Shown one piece after another: positions 19,731 through 30,905 of a stretch of 64,000 nucleotides of DNA (position 1 is the stretch's first letter; each line of letters begins with the position of its first letter). The notes beneath the pieces are model-generated. The model was given only the letters and a program-made list of their open reading frames with translations. It ran no database searches and was not told the origin of the DNA. Position numbers and translations under genes: made by a program. This DNA comes from Alphaproteobacteria bacterium (GTDB lineage Bacteria > Pseudomonadota > Alphaproteobacteria > MPNO01 > UBA830): contig OZ251539.1 in the NCBI GenBank assembly GCA_965243135.1, forward strand, positions 5,910,236-5,974,235, written 5' to 3'.

Positions 19731-20914
19731 GCATGCCGCCTCGCCGCGTAACTGTCTTCCCGCTTCTGGCCTTGACCCTGCTTGTCGCGGCCTGCTCGCA
19801 CCGGCCCGCCGAATTGTCGGCCATCGACATCGCGCAACCCGGCAAGGTCCTTGTCGACCACGAGGCGAGGCGTTCGCAACTGAAGGGCGGCGAACTGTGC
19901 CCGGTCTGGGAAACCGCGCTGCCCCGGACAGCCCTTCCCCCGGTGGTGGGCGTCGAGGCGCCGTCGGGTTACGGGATCGACTGGCGCTTTGCCGCCCCCC
20001 GGGACCAAATGATGGAACTCGGCGCGGCCTGTCTTAAGCTGGGCGGGAAACCCTGCAGGACCATTGCCGACACCATGGTCTCTTGGTCGCAGGCCGAGGC
20101 GGCCATCGTCGAAAGCAGCGGAGACAACAGCAGGTTCTGGAACGACTCCATAACCGTCAACCTGGACGTCGTCAGGCCGTTCGTCGGCGCCTATGCGATT
20201 GCGCGCTCTTCGGTCGCCGTGGCGCCGGAAGAGGACGCGCGGATCCGGGAATGGGTCGAGGCCGTCCTGTGGCGGTCGAGGAATTTGCTGCGCGGCGTGC
20301 GCCGCAAGGGCCGAAACTACGCCGCCCATAACCACGCCGTCGCCTCGGCCGCCGCGCTCATGGCCTACGGGGCCATGTGGGGCGATTCCGCGGCGTTCGG
20401 ACACGGCGTCGACCAGTGGTTCATCACGCTGGGAGACATGCGGCGCGACGGGAGTCTGCCCATCGAAACGCGCCGGGGCGCGCGCGCTCTCTTCTACACA
20501 GGCAGGACGCTGAGCGGACTGACGAGCATCGCCGAGATGGCGCGGACCCAGGGGATCGACCTGTACTCGTCTGGGCCGTCGGACGAGAAGACCATCCACA
20601 AGGCGGTCGCGTTCATGCTGGACGCGCTCGAGAACAACGATGCGGTCCTTTCCTACGCGAGCGAAAACTACGGGCCGGGCCCTTACGGGGACTGGCGGCA
20701 GCAGGATCTGGGCGCTCCGGGCGACACGCTCGGCTGGGCGATTCCCTATGCGGCCCGGTTTCCGGACCATCCGAACGCCCGGCGATTGCGTTCGCTCGAG
20801 ATCGACAAGCGTATCCCGACGCAGGACGTCCTGGATTACGTCCTCGCTCCCGACAGCGCAGTCATGGGTCACTGGATCGGTGGCCGCTCGGACTGCCTTT
20901 ATGGAGCGCCGTAG
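19731..20914 (+). CDS. alginate lyase-family lipoprotein
   Basis: MPPRRVTVFPLLALTLLVAAC (lipobox LVAAC), then a domain with NHAVASAAALMAYG and RRDGSLP...FYTGRTLSGL typical of the alginate lyase (PF05426-type) fold. The 983-aa antisense ORF 18491..21442 is an artefact. Confidence 0.65.
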
Positions 20915-21209
20915 GTCCGAACGAAGGGCGGGCTGGGGGCCGGCGCCGCCATTGGAGCCGGCGAAACCCGGCCTCTCAGGCGGGTCTTCCAGCATCGGCG
21001 GCGGACCGCGGCCGCCTCCGTTTCGAAAGCGCAAACGCGGAAAGGGGGGTCTTGACCAAATCAATCCTGGACGAATAATGGCGGGACAGGGAGGTCGCGC
21101 TCCGCCGTCTCGCGGCGGGAGATTACGGACTTCTCGCAGGGTGCGCCGCGCGGTCCGGCGGCGCTTGCATGCTTTCCGGCGCTTCGCGCCTGGATGACGA
21201 GGTAGGAAT

Positions 21210-22169
21210 TTGACAGAAAAATCGTTGGCGCGGCGGCAGTGTCGGATTTTGGTCGTTGCCGCCGCTTTCCTGGTTGTTTCGCATTCCGTTTCCGCGACCC
21301 GGATGTCGGCCCCCGGCGCGGCGCCGGTCTCCACCGCCGAGGCGCTGGTCTCCACCGCCGTAGAGCCGAATCTCGCGCCGGAACCGAGGCGCGGCGGCCG
21401 GGCCGACCGGATCGTGCTTGTCAGTTCGGCGAACCAGCTCACCGGGTATTTCGAGCGCGTGAATTATCGGCTCGGCGACGTCCGCGACCGGGGCGAGGTG
21501 CCGAGGTTGTATCTCGTGCGCCTGCCGTCGGACCTGCGGAAACTTCGGAACACGTCCCAGCGCAAGGACGTGTTCATCAAAACCGCCTTGCCGCTGATCC
21601 TGCGCGCCAACGAGCTGATCGCCGAAGAACGCGCGAGATTGATCGAACTGAGGAACCGTGCCGGCCTCGCCGGGGCGGAACGAGAGTGGGCCGTGAGGCT
21701 GGCGCAACACTACGGGTTCGAACGACTCGATTTCGCGAAGCTGCTTGAACGGGTCGATCTCGTCCCGCCGTCGCTGGCGTTGGCCCAGGCCGCCGAGGAG
21801 AGCGGTTGGGGGACGTCGCGCTTCGCCCGGACGGGAAACGCGTTGTTCGGCCAGCGCGTCTTCAGGCAGAGACTTCATGGCATGGTGCCGCAGGCGCGCG
21901 CCCCGGGAAAGACCTTCCGGGTGCGGGCGTTCGAGGGCTTGCTGGACAGCGTGCGGGCCTATTTCCACAATCTCAACACTCACCCCGCCTACGAGGATTT
22001 CCGGAAGATGCGGGCGAGGATGCGCAAGGACGACTCGGTCGACGGCCATGCGCTCGCCGGAACGCTCGAGTTCTATGCGGAACGCCGCGGCGCTTACGTG
22101 GAAACGATCCGCAAAATCATGGCGGTGAACGACCTGCGCGTCTACGACCGCGCGCGGCTCGGCGAGTAG
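21210..22169 (+). CDS. glucosaminidase-domain protein (Bax/FlgJ-like)
   Basis: AQAAEESGWGTSRFARTGNALFG, the mannosyl-glycoprotein endo-beta-N-acetylglucosaminidase signature, after an N-terminal signal region. Confidence 0.7.
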   Translation: MTEKSLARRQCRILVVAAAFLVVSHSVSATRMSAPGAAPVSTAEALVSTAVEPNLAPEPRRGGRADRIVLVSSANQLTGYFERVNYRLGDVRDRGEVPRLYLVRLPSDLRKLRNTSQRKDVFIKTALPLILRANELIAEERARLIELRNRAGLAGAEREWAVRLAQHYGFERLDFAKLLERVDLVPPSLALAQAAEESGWGTSRFARTGNALFGQRVFRQRLHGMVPQARAPGKTFRVRAFEGLLDSVRAYFHNLNTHPAYEDFRKMRARMRKDDSVDGHALAGTLEFYAERRGAYVETIRKIMAVNDLRVYDRARLGE

Positions 22170-22315
22170 TCGACCGCCGAAGGACGCCCGAGGTTTGGGC
22201 GCGAGCCGCTGCGGCGGAACGGGGCGTTTTCCGCGCCGTTGCCCGGCGGGAAGGCTCCCGGTTCGCGCGCCCGAGGCCGCGCGAAAACCCGCCGGGAACG
22301 CGTCGCCCGAGGTCG

Positions 22316-23335
22316 CTACGGAAGGTAGAACTGCAGGCCGAACCAGCGCCACCGCCCGTTCCGGGCCAGCATCGTGCAGTTGATGCGCGATCGCCCTTTC
22401 GGCAGCGCTTCGCCCAACCGCACCTCTATCCTCGGGCCGAGAAGCTCGAGCTTCAGCTCTCCCTGCCTCGCCTCGTAGCAGGAAAGGCGCTCCAGTCTTC
22501 GCGCGACCGGCTTCGAGACGACGGTGAAGCCGAACGGCGGGGGATTGGTCTCGCTGGAAAGAAGCGGGTCCGCGGGGGTCACGTCCTTTACGGGCAGCGG
22601 CAGCGCATTCGCCGCGAGCTTGAAGCGGTCAAGTCCGCCGTAGGTCTCGTTCATCGAGAAGCGCGGCAGGTAGTACATGTCCTGCAGGTAATGAATTGCG
22701 CCGGAATGTTGTCCAAATCCGAAAGCGAACCCGGATTCTTTCGCCGCGTCGCGCACGGCGAGGCTGTACTCGCCGTAGGGATAGGCGATGATGTCCGGCG
22801 TAACGCCGAGCTCCTCGCGGAACCGTTCGTTCGAGACCCGCAATTCTTCCAGGTTCTCGGTCACGCTGTCGCGCGGCATGTGCGGATGCGAGTGGGTCTG
22901 GCTGCCGATCGAGACCCCCGCCGCGTGCAGTTCGCGCAGTTGGTCCCAGCTCATGTAGCCGGGCGTCCCGTCGTCCAGCGGCTTCGTCGCGACGAAAAGG
23001 GTGAACGGCATGCCGGCGTCGCGCAGGCGCGGCCATGCCTCCTCGTAGACGGAGAGGAACGCGTCGTCGATCGAAATGCCCACCGCGCGCTCGGGCAGCG
23101 GTTCGCGCGCCGACAGCTTGCCCAGGATTTCGGGAATCGGCAGGACGCTGTATCGGGAATCCGCCAGTTCGCCGAGATGGGCCTCGAACTGCTCGAGCTG
23201 GATGTTCGTCGACGGAAGAGAGGATTCTCCGAATCGGTGGTACATCACCACCACGGCCGAATCCGCCGCCAGCGTCGGCGACGGCGCTAGGCCGACGGCG
23301 GCCGCGAGGACGATTTTACGCAGGGTGCGGGACAT
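22316..23335 (-). CDS. polysaccharide deacetylase (NodB-homology) family protein
   Basis: Signal peptide, then ISIDDAF, THSHP, and a NodB-like layout. Confidence 0.75.
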   Translation of the reverse strand: MSRTLRKIVLAAAVGLAPSPTLAADSAVVVMYHRFGESSLPSTNIQLEQFEAHLGELADSRYSVLPIPEILGKLSAREPLPERAVGISIDDAFLSVYEEAWPRLRDAGMPFTLFVATKPLDDGTPGYMSWDQLRELHAAGVSIGSQTHSHPHMPRDSVTENLEELRVSNERFREELGVTPDIIAYPYGEYSLAVRDAAKESGFAFGFGQHSGAIHYLQDMYYLPRFSMNETYGGLDRFKLAANALPLPVKDVTPADPLLSSETNPPPFGFTVVSKPVARRLERLSCYEARQGELKLELLGPRIEVRLGEALPKGRSRINCTMLARNGRWRWFGLQFYLP

Positions 23336-23404
23336 GGAAACGACTATAGGCCGGCGACGGAGTTCCGGACAGGGCCGGTTTCCCGCTTCGCCGGAAGATC
23401 CCGG

Positions 23405-23992
23405 TCAACGGTCGGCCCGCATCATCGATTCGGGCAGCGCGCCGTCCCCGAGAAGGTCGTAGCCGCCGGAGTCGAACAACTGATAATGCCACCATTCGTT
23501 CCTGTAGAAATCCCATCCCGCCGCGGTCATGAGTCCGAGCAGAAACAGGCGGTTGGCCTGCGCCTCGCGGGAGATTTCGGTGCAGCCGTGGTGCGACAGC
23601 GGCGTGAACGCGTCGAAACCGGTGCCCATGTCGAGCGTCTCGCCGTCCGGCTTCGCGAGGGTGAGGTCGACCGCGACGCCGCGCGAATGCGGAGATCCCT
23701 TTTGCGGAGGGGTGAGGTAGTCGGGGTCGGGCGTGTGCTTCCACATCGCCCATTGCGCCTCGGCCGGACGAAAGGCGTCGTATATCCTCAGCGTCAGGTC
23801 GTGGGCGGCGGCGAGGGCGACGGCTTTCCGCAGAGCCGCCGCTGCGTCGGCGTGGAGATAGCAGCCCGGGCGCGCGTAGATCGGCGCCCCCGTGAAGTTG
23901 TCCGCGGTGGCGTAGACGATGTCGCAAACGACGTCGAAGCGCCGTTCGGAGATTTCAACCAACGTCATCCAGGTTCTCCGAAGATGCTTCAA
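23405..23992 (-). CDS. ddpX: D-alanyl-D-alanine dipeptidase
   Basis: VanX/DdpX-like: SPHSRGVAVDLTL...WEWWHYQL. Confidence 0.8.
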   Translation of the reverse strand: MKHLRRTWMTLVEISERRFDVVCDIVYATADNFTGAPIYARPGCYLHADAAAALRKAVALAAAHDLTLRIYDAFRPAEAQWAMWKHTPDPDYLTPPQKGSPHSRGVAVDLTLAKPDGETLDMGTGFDAFTPLSHHGCTEISREAQANRLFLLGLMTAAGWDFYRNEWWHYQLFDSGGYDLLGDGALPESMMRADR

Positions 23993-24033
23993 ACCTATAT
24001 TATCCGTCCCCGAATCGCGAAAGCGCTACGCGG

Positions 24034-24705
24034 ATGCCTCTGACGCTCGCTTTCGATACGAGCGCCGAGGCGTGCTCGGCGGCGCTCCTGAGGAACGGCG
24101 CCGTGCTCGCAGAGGAACGGAAGCGCATGGCGCGCGGTCATGCGGAGGCCCTGATCCCGATGGTCGACCGGGTCGTGCAGGCGGCGGACGAATCGCTTTC
24201 GGCCGTCGAGATCGTCGGGGTGGTCGCCGGTCCCGGCTCGTTCACCGGCCTTCGCGTCGGGATCGCGGCGGCGCGCGGCTTCGCGCTGGCTTCGGGCGCC
24301 CGCGCGGTCGGCGTGTCCGCGTTCGAGGCGGTTGCCCTCCGCGCGCTGGAGGACACGGGGCGACGCGCTTCGATCCTCTGCGTTCTCGAGACGCGAAGGT
24401 CGGATTATTTCGCGCAGGGCTTCGGCGTCGACGGAAAGGCCCTGACGGCCGCTTCCGTAATGACTTCCGGCGAACTCCGCCAACGCCTTTCGCAAGGCGA
24501 ATGCCTCCTCGCGGGAAACGCCGCAAGGCGGCTCCTGTCCGAATTGCCGCGCGCCGGCTTCGCCCTCGCGCCCGGAGACGGCCTGCCGGTCGCCGCCGAC
24601 GTCGCCCGGCTCGCCGACCGCGCGGGAGAAAACGCGTCCGGCCCGGAGCCGTTGTATCTTCGGGCGCCGGAAGCCAGGCGTCCGGACGGCGGCTTCCGGG
24701 GATGA
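24034..24705 (+). CDS. tsaB: tRNA threonylcarbamoyladenosine biosynthesis protein TsaB
   Basis: MPLTLAFDTSAEACSAALL...GPGSFTGLRVGIAAARG (YeaZ family). Confidence 0.85.
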   Translation: MPLTLAFDTSAEACSAALLRNGAVLAEERKRMARGHAEALIPMVDRVVQAADESLSAVEIVGVVAGPGSFTGLRVGIAAARGFALASGARAVGVSAFEAVALRALEDTGRRASILCVLETRRSDYFAQGFGVDGKALTAASVMTSGELRQRLSQGECLLAGNAARRLLSELPRAGFALAPGDGLPVAADVARLADRAGENASGPEPLYLRAPEARRPDGGFRG

Positions 24706-25190
24706 CGGGGCATTCGCTGGTTCCCGTCGGCGAAACCGACGTCGGAGAGATGGCGCGCATCCATGCGCTGTCGTTCGACGACGCCTGGAGCGGCGCCACG
24801 TTTCGCAGAATTCTGGCGACGCGGGGAACCTGCGGCATTGCGGCGCGGCACGACCGCAAATGGACGGTTTCCGGCTTCGCCCTGCTGCGCCTCGCGGCGG
24901 ACGAGTGCGAACTCCTCACCATCGCTGTCGCGCCCGAGCGCCGCGGCGCGGGCGTAGGCGCGCTGCTGTTGCGAGCCGCGTTGGGACAGGCGCGGGAACG
25001 AGGCGCCCGGAAGTTCTTTCTGGAAGTCGCCGACGACAACTATATTGCCCGGCGGCTCTATCGAAGCCATGGCCTGCGGCCGGTCGGGCGCCGCCGCGCC
25101 TATTACGACCGAGCGGGCGGCGCGTCCGCGGACGCCCTGACCATGCTCCGCGACCTCGGAGATCAGGCCTTTCGCACGACGAGCCTGTGA
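24702..25190 (+). CDS. rimI: ribosomal-protein-alanine N-acetyltransferase
   Basis: GNAT fold (TIAVAPERRGAGVGALLL); ATG overlaps the tsaB stop (ATGA). Confidence 0.8.
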   Translation: MTGHSLVPVGETDVGEMARIHALSFDDAWSGATFRRILATRGTCGIAARHDRKWTVSGFALLRLAADECELLTIAVAPERRGAGVGALLLRAALGQARERGARKFFLEVADDNYIARRLYRSHGLRPVGRRRAYYDRAGGASADALTMLRDLGDQAFRTTSL

Positions 25191-25396
25191 GCCGGCGGAT
25201 CCGGCGCGAGCGAGACGATCTCGTGCCCGAGTTCGATCAGGGATTCCGGGACGTTCCGGAGCGGCTCGGCGCCCGCCAGGCGGATTTCCAGGATTTCGCC
25301 CGGGGACATCTTCTCGATCTGCAGCCGCGTCCTGACGAACGTCATCGGGCAGACGTCGCCCGTAATGTCGATAAAGTGGTCTGCGGTGTCCTTCAT
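25163..25396 (-). CDS. TusA-like sulfurtransferase (SirA/YedF/YeeD family)
   Basis: MKDTADHFIDITGDVCPMTFV... with the CPxP motif; 77 aa. Confidence 0.7.
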   Translation of the reverse strand: MKDTADHFIDITGDVCPMTFVRTRLQIEKMSPGEILEIRLAGAEPLRNVPESLIELGHEIVSLAPDPPAHRLVVRKA

Positions 25397-25469
25397 CGAA
25401 GCGAACGTTGCAATATCCCGGACGCTCCGTATACATGGTTTTCGTCCGGTTGTCGCAGGAGATCGTTGC

Positions 25470-25871
25470 ATGGACGAATGTCCGAAAGACAAGGAGATGC
25501 TGGCGTGGACGACCGAGATCGTCGCGGCGCATGTCGGCAACAACGCCGTGGCGATCCACGATCTGCCGCTGTTGATCCGCACGGTTCACGATTCGCTGGC
25601 GGGCTTGTCGGCCGCGCCGGCCGCGGGAGACCGGCAGCGGCCGGCGGTTCCGGTCGGGAATTCAGTGACGCCGGACCACATCGTATGCCTCGAAGACGGG
25701 CGGAAGTTCAAGATGCTCAAGCGGCATCTCGCGACGGCCTACGGCATGACGCCCGACGAATACCGCGAGAAATGGGGCTTGCCGGACGACTATCCGATGG
25801 TGGCGCCCGGGTACGCGGAACAGCGCAGTTCGCTGGCGAAGGAGATCGGGCTGGGCCGGCGGCGGGACTAG
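25470..25871 (+). CDS. mucR: MucR/Ros family zinc-finger transcriptional regulator
   Basis: MDECPKDKEMLAWTTEIVAAHV...VCLEDGRKFKMLKRHLATAYGMTPDEYREKWGLP is the classic Ros/MucR sequence. Confidence 0.85.
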   Translation: MDECPKDKEMLAWTTEIVAAHVGNNAVAIHDLPLLIRTVHDSLAGLSAAPAAGDRQRPAVPVGNSVTPDHIVCLEDGRKFKMLKRHLATAYGMTPDEYREKWGLPDDYPMVAPGYAEQRSSLAKEIGLGRRRD

Positions 25872-25921
25872 GACGCCCGCGCTTTGACTATGCGGCCCCG
25901 GTTCCCTACTCTTCGGGAATG

Positions 25922-26350
25922 ATGGTGGCGACGGCGATAGAGCGCTTGTGCGCTGAAAAAGGCCTCAGAATGACCGGGCAGCGGCGGGTGATCGCCCAGG
26001 TCCTGTCCGAGGCCGAGGACCATCCCGACGCCGAGGCGCTGTACGCCCGCGCCAGCCGGATCGATCCCCGCATCAGCATGGCCACGGTGTACCGCACCAT
26101 CCGGCTGTTCATGGAGGCGGGGATCCTCGAGCGCCACGACTTCGGAGACGGGCGGGCGCGTTACGAGACCGCGGACGACGCCGACGGCCATCACCACCAT
26201 ATCATCAACGTGCGGACCGGCGCCGTGACCGAGTTCGAGAACGAGCAGCTGGAGGTTCTGAAACGGCGCATCGCCGCCGACCTCGGTTTCCGGATCGTCG
26301 GGGAGCGGCTGGAACTGTACTGCGTTCCGATAGACGGCGACGAGACGTGA
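25922..26350 (+). CDS. fur: Fur-family metalloregulator (Fur/Irr/Zur type)
   Basis: …GQRRVIAQVLSEAEDHPDAEALY...TVYRTIRLF...HHHHIINVRTG.... Confidence 0.8.
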   Translation: MVATAIERLCAEKGLRMTGQRRVIAQVLSEAEDHPDAEALYARASRIDPRISMATVYRTIRLFMEAGILERHDFGDGRARYETADDADGHHHHIINVRTGAVTEFENEQLEVLKRRIAADLGFRIVGERLELYCVPIDGDET

Positions 26351-26380
26351 AGCGCCGCGGCTCCGAGACGGGGACTGGGC

Positions 26381-27190
26381 GTGACTGACGCGGTCCTCTT
26401 CGACCCCATCCGGCTCGGAAACCTGGAGTCCCGGATGGCGCGGACCAGGGCCGAGATCGAGGCGGCGCAGGCGTTGCGCTATCGCGTCTTTTACGGCGAA
26501 ATGTCCGCCGTGCCTTCGGCCGAAGCGGCGGCGTCCCGCCGCGATTCCGACCGGTTCGACGAAATCTGCGACCATCTGCTCGTGGTCGACGCCGCGCGCG
26601 CCGACCTGCCCGGCGGGGTGGTCGGGACCTACCGCCTTCTGCGCAGCAGCGTCGCCGCCCGGCACGGCGGCTTTTACACGACCGGAGAATTCGAAATCGA
26701 CGAGGTCGTCTCCTATGCCGGCGAGACGCTCGAACTGGGACGGTCCTGCGTGGAAGCCGAGTACCGCAACCGTCCGACGATGCAGCTGCTCTGGCAGAGC
26801 ATCGCGCAGTACGTCTTTCGCTACGACATCGGCATAATGTTCGGATGCGCCAGCATACAGGGAACCGATCCGGAGGCGCTGGCGCTGCCGCTTTCCTATC
26901 TCTACCATTTTCACCTCGCCCCGGTCGGGCTGCGCCCCCGCGCGCTTGCCGAACGCCGCGTCGACATGCGGATTTTGCCGGAGGACGGGATCGACCGGCG
27001 GGCGGCTCTCGCGGCGCTGCCGCCCCTCATAAAGGGCTACCTGAGACTCGGCGGCTTCGTCGGCGACGGAGCGGTCATCGATCGCGAGTTCAGCACCACG
27101 GACGTCAGCATCGTGGTCAAGACGGACCTCGTGACCGAAAAATACTTCAAGCATTACGAGCGCAAGAGGCTCCGGGCCGAAGGAGCGTGA
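26381..27190 (+). CDS. olsB: ornithine-acyl-ACP N-acyltransferase (ornithine lipid synthesis)
   Basis: GNAT-like hemolysin-type N-acyltransferase immediately followed by, and overlapping, a PlsC-family gene, as in olsB-olsA. Confidence 0.7.
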   Translation: MTDAVLFDPIRLGNLESRMARTRAEIEAAQALRYRVFYGEMSAVPSAEAAASRRDSDRFDEICDHLLVVDAARADLPGGVVGTYRLLRSSVAARHGGFYTTGEFEIDEVVSYAGETLELGRSCVEAEYRNRPTMQLLWQSIAQYVFRYDIGIMFGCASIQGTDPEALALPLSYLYHFHLAPVGLRPRALAERRVDMRILPEDGIDRRAALAALPPLIKGYLRLGGFVGDGAVIDREFSTTDVSIVVKTDLVTEKYFKHYERKRLRAEGA

Positions 27191-27996
27191 TGGGGTCGCC
27201 TTTCCTGGCGCTCGCCAGAATCGCGGCGTATCTGTCGCTGACCTTCGCGCTGCTTCCGGTGCAGATATTCGCGGTATGGGCGCGGCTGGAACTGGCGGCG
27301 CGGCTGCCGCTCTTCTACCACCGCGTTTGCGCCCGCATACTCGGCTTCAGGATCCGGCTGACCGGCGGCATTCGGCGCGGCGGGCCGATCCTCTACGTGT
27401 GCAATCACACGTCCTACGCGGACATCACGATTCTGGGCGCGTTGCTTCCGGCCTCGTTCGTGGCGAAGGCGGAGATATCCGACTGGCCCTTGTTCGGATT
27501 GCTGGCGCGGTTGCAGCGGTCGGTATTCGTCGACCGGCGGGGGATTCGTACGATGCGGCACCGGGACGAGATCGCGCGCCGCCTAGAGAACGGCGACAGC
27601 CTGATCCTCTTTCCCGAGGGAACGAGTTCGGACGGCAACTCGGTGCTTCCGTTCAAGAGCGCGCTGTTCGCCGCCGCGCACGGCGCGCCGGCCGGAGGTT
27701 CGCTGCAAGTGCAGCCGGTTTCGATCGCCTACACCCGCCTCGACGGCATGCCGGTCGGCAGGGCGCTGCGCCCGTACTTCGCATGGTACGGGGACATGGA
27801 GCTGGCTCCCCACGTATGGGAAGTCGCCGGCCTCGGACGGGTCACCGTCGACGTCGTCTTTCATCCCCCGGTGACGGCGGACCGGTTCGCGACGCGACGG
27901 AAGCTCGCGGACCATTGCCACGAAGCCGTCCGCAGCGGCGTGTCGGCCGCCAACGCCGGCCGGCTGGACCGGTTCGCGTCTCCGGCGCCGTCTTGA
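27190..27996 (+). CDS. olsA: lyso-ornithine lipid O-acyltransferase (PlsC family)
   Basis: NHTSYADI (HX4D motif) and FPEGTSS. The start overlaps the olsB stop (GTGATGG). Confidence 0.7.
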   Translation: MGSPFLALARIAAYLSLTFALLPVQIFAVWARLELAARLPLFYHRVCARILGFRIRLTGGIRRGGPILYVCNHTSYADITILGALLPASFVAKAEISDWPLFGLLARLQRSVFVDRRGIRTMRHRDEIARRLENGDSLILFPEGTSSDGNSVLPFKSALFAAAHGAPAGGSLQVQPVSIAYTRLDGMPVGRALRPYFAWYGDMELAPHVWEVAGLGRVTVDVVFHPPVTADRFATRRKLADHCHEAVRSGVSAANAGRLDRFASPAPS

Positions 27997-28007
27997 CAGT
28001 CGCCGGC

Positions 28008-29456
28008 ATGGTGGATAGCCTTGCGCACGGGCCGTCGTCCGCGGCCGCGAAGGGTCGGCGGGCGGGCGGGAAATTGCAGGGGCGGGCGGAACCCGCGAAT
28101 GCCTCCTTGAAACTCTACGTCAAGAATTACGGCTGCCAGATGAACGTCTACGATGCCAGGCGCATGGAGGACGTTCTCGCCCCGTTGGGATACCGGCCGG
28201 TCGGCGCGGCCGAGGAAGCGGACCTCGTCGTTCTCAACACCTGCCACATCCGCGAGAAGGCCGCCGAGAAAGTGTATTCGGAGCTCGGCCGGCTGCGCGC
28301 GATGCAGATGCGCGGAAAGCGCTTCATGATCGGCGTCGCGGGTTGCGTCGCGCAGGCCGAGGGCGCGGAACTGATGCGCCGCGCGCCTTACGTCGATCTG
28401 GTGGTCGGCCCGCAGACCTATCATCGCCTGCCGGAAATTCTGGCGCGGATCGGGCGCGAGTCCGGGCGCGGCGTCATCGACACGGAGTTTCCGCCCGAAA
28501 CGAAGTTCGACCTGCTGCCGCGGCCGAGCGGACAGGGAGCGTCGGCGTTCCTGACCGTGCAGGAGGGGTGCGACCGTTTCTGCGCGTTCTGCGTCGTGCC
28601 CTACACCCGCGGCGCGGAGCATTCGCGGCCGGCGGCGGACGTCATGGCCGAAGCGATGGCGCTGACCGCCGCGGGCGCCCGCGAGATCACGCTTCTCGGC
28701 CAGAACGTGAACGCCTATCACGGCGCGCTGGAGGGCGGCGGCGAATGCCGGCTGGCCGGGCTGATCGAGCGCCTCGCCGAAATTCCCGGCCTCGAACGGA
28801 TCCGTTACACCACGTCGCATCCCCGCGACATGACGGACGACCTCATCCTCGCCCATCGCGACATCGCCAAGCTCATGCCCTGGCTGCACCTGCCGGTGCA
28901 GTCGGGTTCGAACGCGGTTCTCGCCGCGATGAACCGCCAGCATCGCGTCGAAGACTATCTGGATATCGTCGACCGGCTGCGGGAGGCCCGTCCGGACATC
29001 GCGCTTTCTTCCGACTTCATCGTCGGGCATCCGGGCGAGGGCGAGGAGGACTTCGAAGCGACGCTCGAACTCGTGCGCGCGGTGGGTTTCGCGCAGGCCT
29101 ATTCGTTCAAGTACAGCCCGCGGCCCGGCACCCCGGCGGCCGCGCGGGAGGACGCCGTGGAGGAAACGGTCAAGGCCGAACGTCTCGAACGGCTTCAGGC
29201 GCTGCTGAACGAGCAGCGGATCGCCTTCAACGACGCCTTCCGGGGACGGACCGTTCCCGTTCTGCTGGATCGCCGCGGCCGTTCCGACCGTCAGCTCGCC
29301 GGACGGAGCGCCTGGATGCAGGCGGTGCACGTGAACTTTCCCGACGTCGCGCAGGCCGCCGATTCGGCCGGTCGCATTGTGGACGCGCGGGTGGTGGCCG
29401 CGCATCCCAATTCGCTGGCCGCAGTGCCCGCGGTCCGGCGCGGGGAGGCCGCTTGA
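28008..29456 (+). CDS. miaB: tRNA-2-methylthio-N6-dimethylallyladenosine synthase
   Basis: [14 protein letters not shown], radical-[11 protein letters not shown], and TRAM-like C-terminus. Confidence 0.9.
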   Translation: MVDSLAHGPSSAAAKGRRAGGKLQGRAEPANASLKLYVKNYGCQMNVYDARRMEDVLAPLGYRPVGAAEEADLVVLNTCHIREKAAEKVYSELGRLRAMQMRGKRFMIGVAGCVAQAEGAELMRRAPYVDLVVGPQTYHRLPEILARIGRESGRGVIDTEFPPETKFDLLPRPSGQGASAFLTVQEGCDRFCAFCVVPYTRGAEHSRPAADVMAEAMALTAAGAREITLLGQNVNAYHGALEGGGECRLAGLIERLAEIPGLERIRYTTSHPRDMTDDLILAHRDIAKLMPWLHLPVQSGSNAVLAAMNRQHRVEDYLDIVDRLREARPDIALSSDFIVGHPGEGEEDFEATLELVRAVGFAQAYSFKYSPRPGTPAAAREDAVEETVKAERLERLQALLNEQRIAFNDAFRGRTVPVLLDRRGRSDRQLAGRSAWMQAVHVNFPDVAQAADSAGRIVDARVVAAHPNSLAAVPAVRRGEAA

Positions 29457-30418
29457 GGCAGCGCGCGACATCGGGCGGCGCGCCGTTGTTCCTCGAATTC
29501 GACGACAACCGGCTGCTGCCCATGCTGTTCGGGGATTTCGACAGGCATCTGGCGCGCATGGAGCAGGCGCTGGGGGTATCGATATCGTCGCGCGGCAACA
29601 GCGTCACGATCACCGGCGCGCCGTCGATGGCCGAGGCCGCTCGCGCGGCTCTCGAATCCCTTTACGGACGGCTCTCCCAGGGACACGACGTCGCTCCGGC
29701 CGACGTCGACGCGGCCGTGCGCCTGGCCCGGACCGGCGAAGAATCGCAGGCGCGCGGCCGGGTTCTTCGCACGCCGAAGCGCCACATCTCGGCGCGCTCG
29801 GCCGGCCAGGAGGCCTACATCAGGGCGCTGACGGACAAGGATCTCGTTTTCGGGCTCGGTCCCGCGGGCACCGGAAAGACCTATCTGGCGGTCGGCATGG
29901 CGGTGTCGTTGCTGACTTCCGGACGGGTCGACCGCATCGTGCTCTCGCGCCCCGCGGTCGAAGCCGGCGAGCGGCTCGGGTTCCTTCCCGGCGACATGCG
30001 CGACAAGATCGACCCTTACCTGCGTCCGCTCTACGACGCGCTGTACGACATGATGCCCGCCGATCAGGCCGACCGCCGCCTGGAAACGGGCGAGATCGAG
30101 GTCGCGCCGCTCGCCTTCATGCGCGGCCGCACGCTTTCCAACGCTCACGTGATCCTCGACGAGGCGCAGAACACCACTCCGGTCCAGATGAAGATGTTCC
30201 TGACCCGCCTCGGCGAAAACGCCCGCATGGTCGTGACGGGCGATCTCAGCCAGATCGATTTGCCGGCGGGGGCGGTCTGCGGCCTCCGCCACGCCGCGCG
30301 GACCCTCAAGGAGGTGGAGGGCGTCGGGATCGTCAATCTCGGAGTCGGAGACGTCGTTCGGCACGAGCTCGTGTCGCGAATCGTGTCCGCTTACGACGGC
30401 GCCGAGGGGAACCCTTGA
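29453..30418 (+). CDS. ybeZ: PhoH-like ATPase
   Basis: Walker [16 protein letters not shown] start overlaps the miaB stop. Confidence 0.85.
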   Translation: MRQRATSGGAPLFLEFDDNRLLPMLFGDFDRHLARMEQALGVSISSRGNSVTITGAPSMAEAARAALESLYGRLSQGHDVAPADVDAAVRLARTGEESQARGRVLRTPKRHISARSAGQEAYIRALTDKDLVFGLGPAGTGKTYLAVGMAVSLLTSGRVDRIVLSRPAVEAGERLGFLPGDMRDKIDPYLRPLYDALYDMMPADQADRRLETGEIEVAPLAFMRGRTLSNAHVILDEAQNTTPVQMKMFLTRLGENARMVVTGDLSQIDLPAGAVCGLRHAARTLKEVEGVGIVNLGVGDVVRHELVSRIVSAYDGAEGNP

Positions 30419-30419
30419 C

Positions 30420-30905
30420 GTGGGCGAGTGCCTCGTCGAGATCCGGGTCGACGCGGCGGCCTGGCGGGAGATCGAATTCGAAGCCGTGGTTCGCGAAGCC
30501 GCCTCCGGGACTCTGCGCGAGGCGGGGCCGAAGGGCGGCCCGCTGGAGCTGAGCGTTTTGTTGACCGACGATTCCGCCATGGCCGATCTGAACAGGACGT
30601 GGCGGGGAAAGGACGGGCCGACGGACGTGCTTTCCTTTCCCGGCGATTTCCGACCGTCGCCGGCTCCGCGGCTTCTGGGCGACGTCGCGCTGTCGATCGA
30701 CGCCCTGAAGGCGGACGCCGCGCGCGCCGGCCTGTCCGCGACGGATCATCTGGCGCATCTGGTCGTGCACGGCATCCTTCACCTCGTGGGATACGATCAC
30801 GAAAGCGATTCCGAAGCGGCGGCGATGGAGAAAGCCGAAGCGGACATTCTCGGCGCGATGGGAATCGCGAATCCTTACCTGCGGGAGGCGACGCTGCGTT
30901 CATGA
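30420..30905 (+). CDS. ybeY: endoribonuclease YbeY
   Basis: HGILHLVGYDH zinc-binding motif. Confidence 0.9.
   Translation: MGECLVEIRVDAAAWREIEFEAVVREAASGTLREAGPKGGPLELSVLLTDDSAMADLNRTWRGKDGPTDVLSFPGDFRPSPAPRLLGDVALSIDALKADAARAGLSATDHLAHLVVHGILHLVGYDHESDSEAAAMEKAEADILGAMGIANPYLREATLRS

Noticed and set aside
18491-21442. 983-aa minus-strand ORF
   Set aside because: Arg/Pro/Gly-rich translation typical of an open antisense frame in high-GC DNA. It overlaps a well-supported plus-strand alginate-lyase-family lipoprotein gene and IS remnants.
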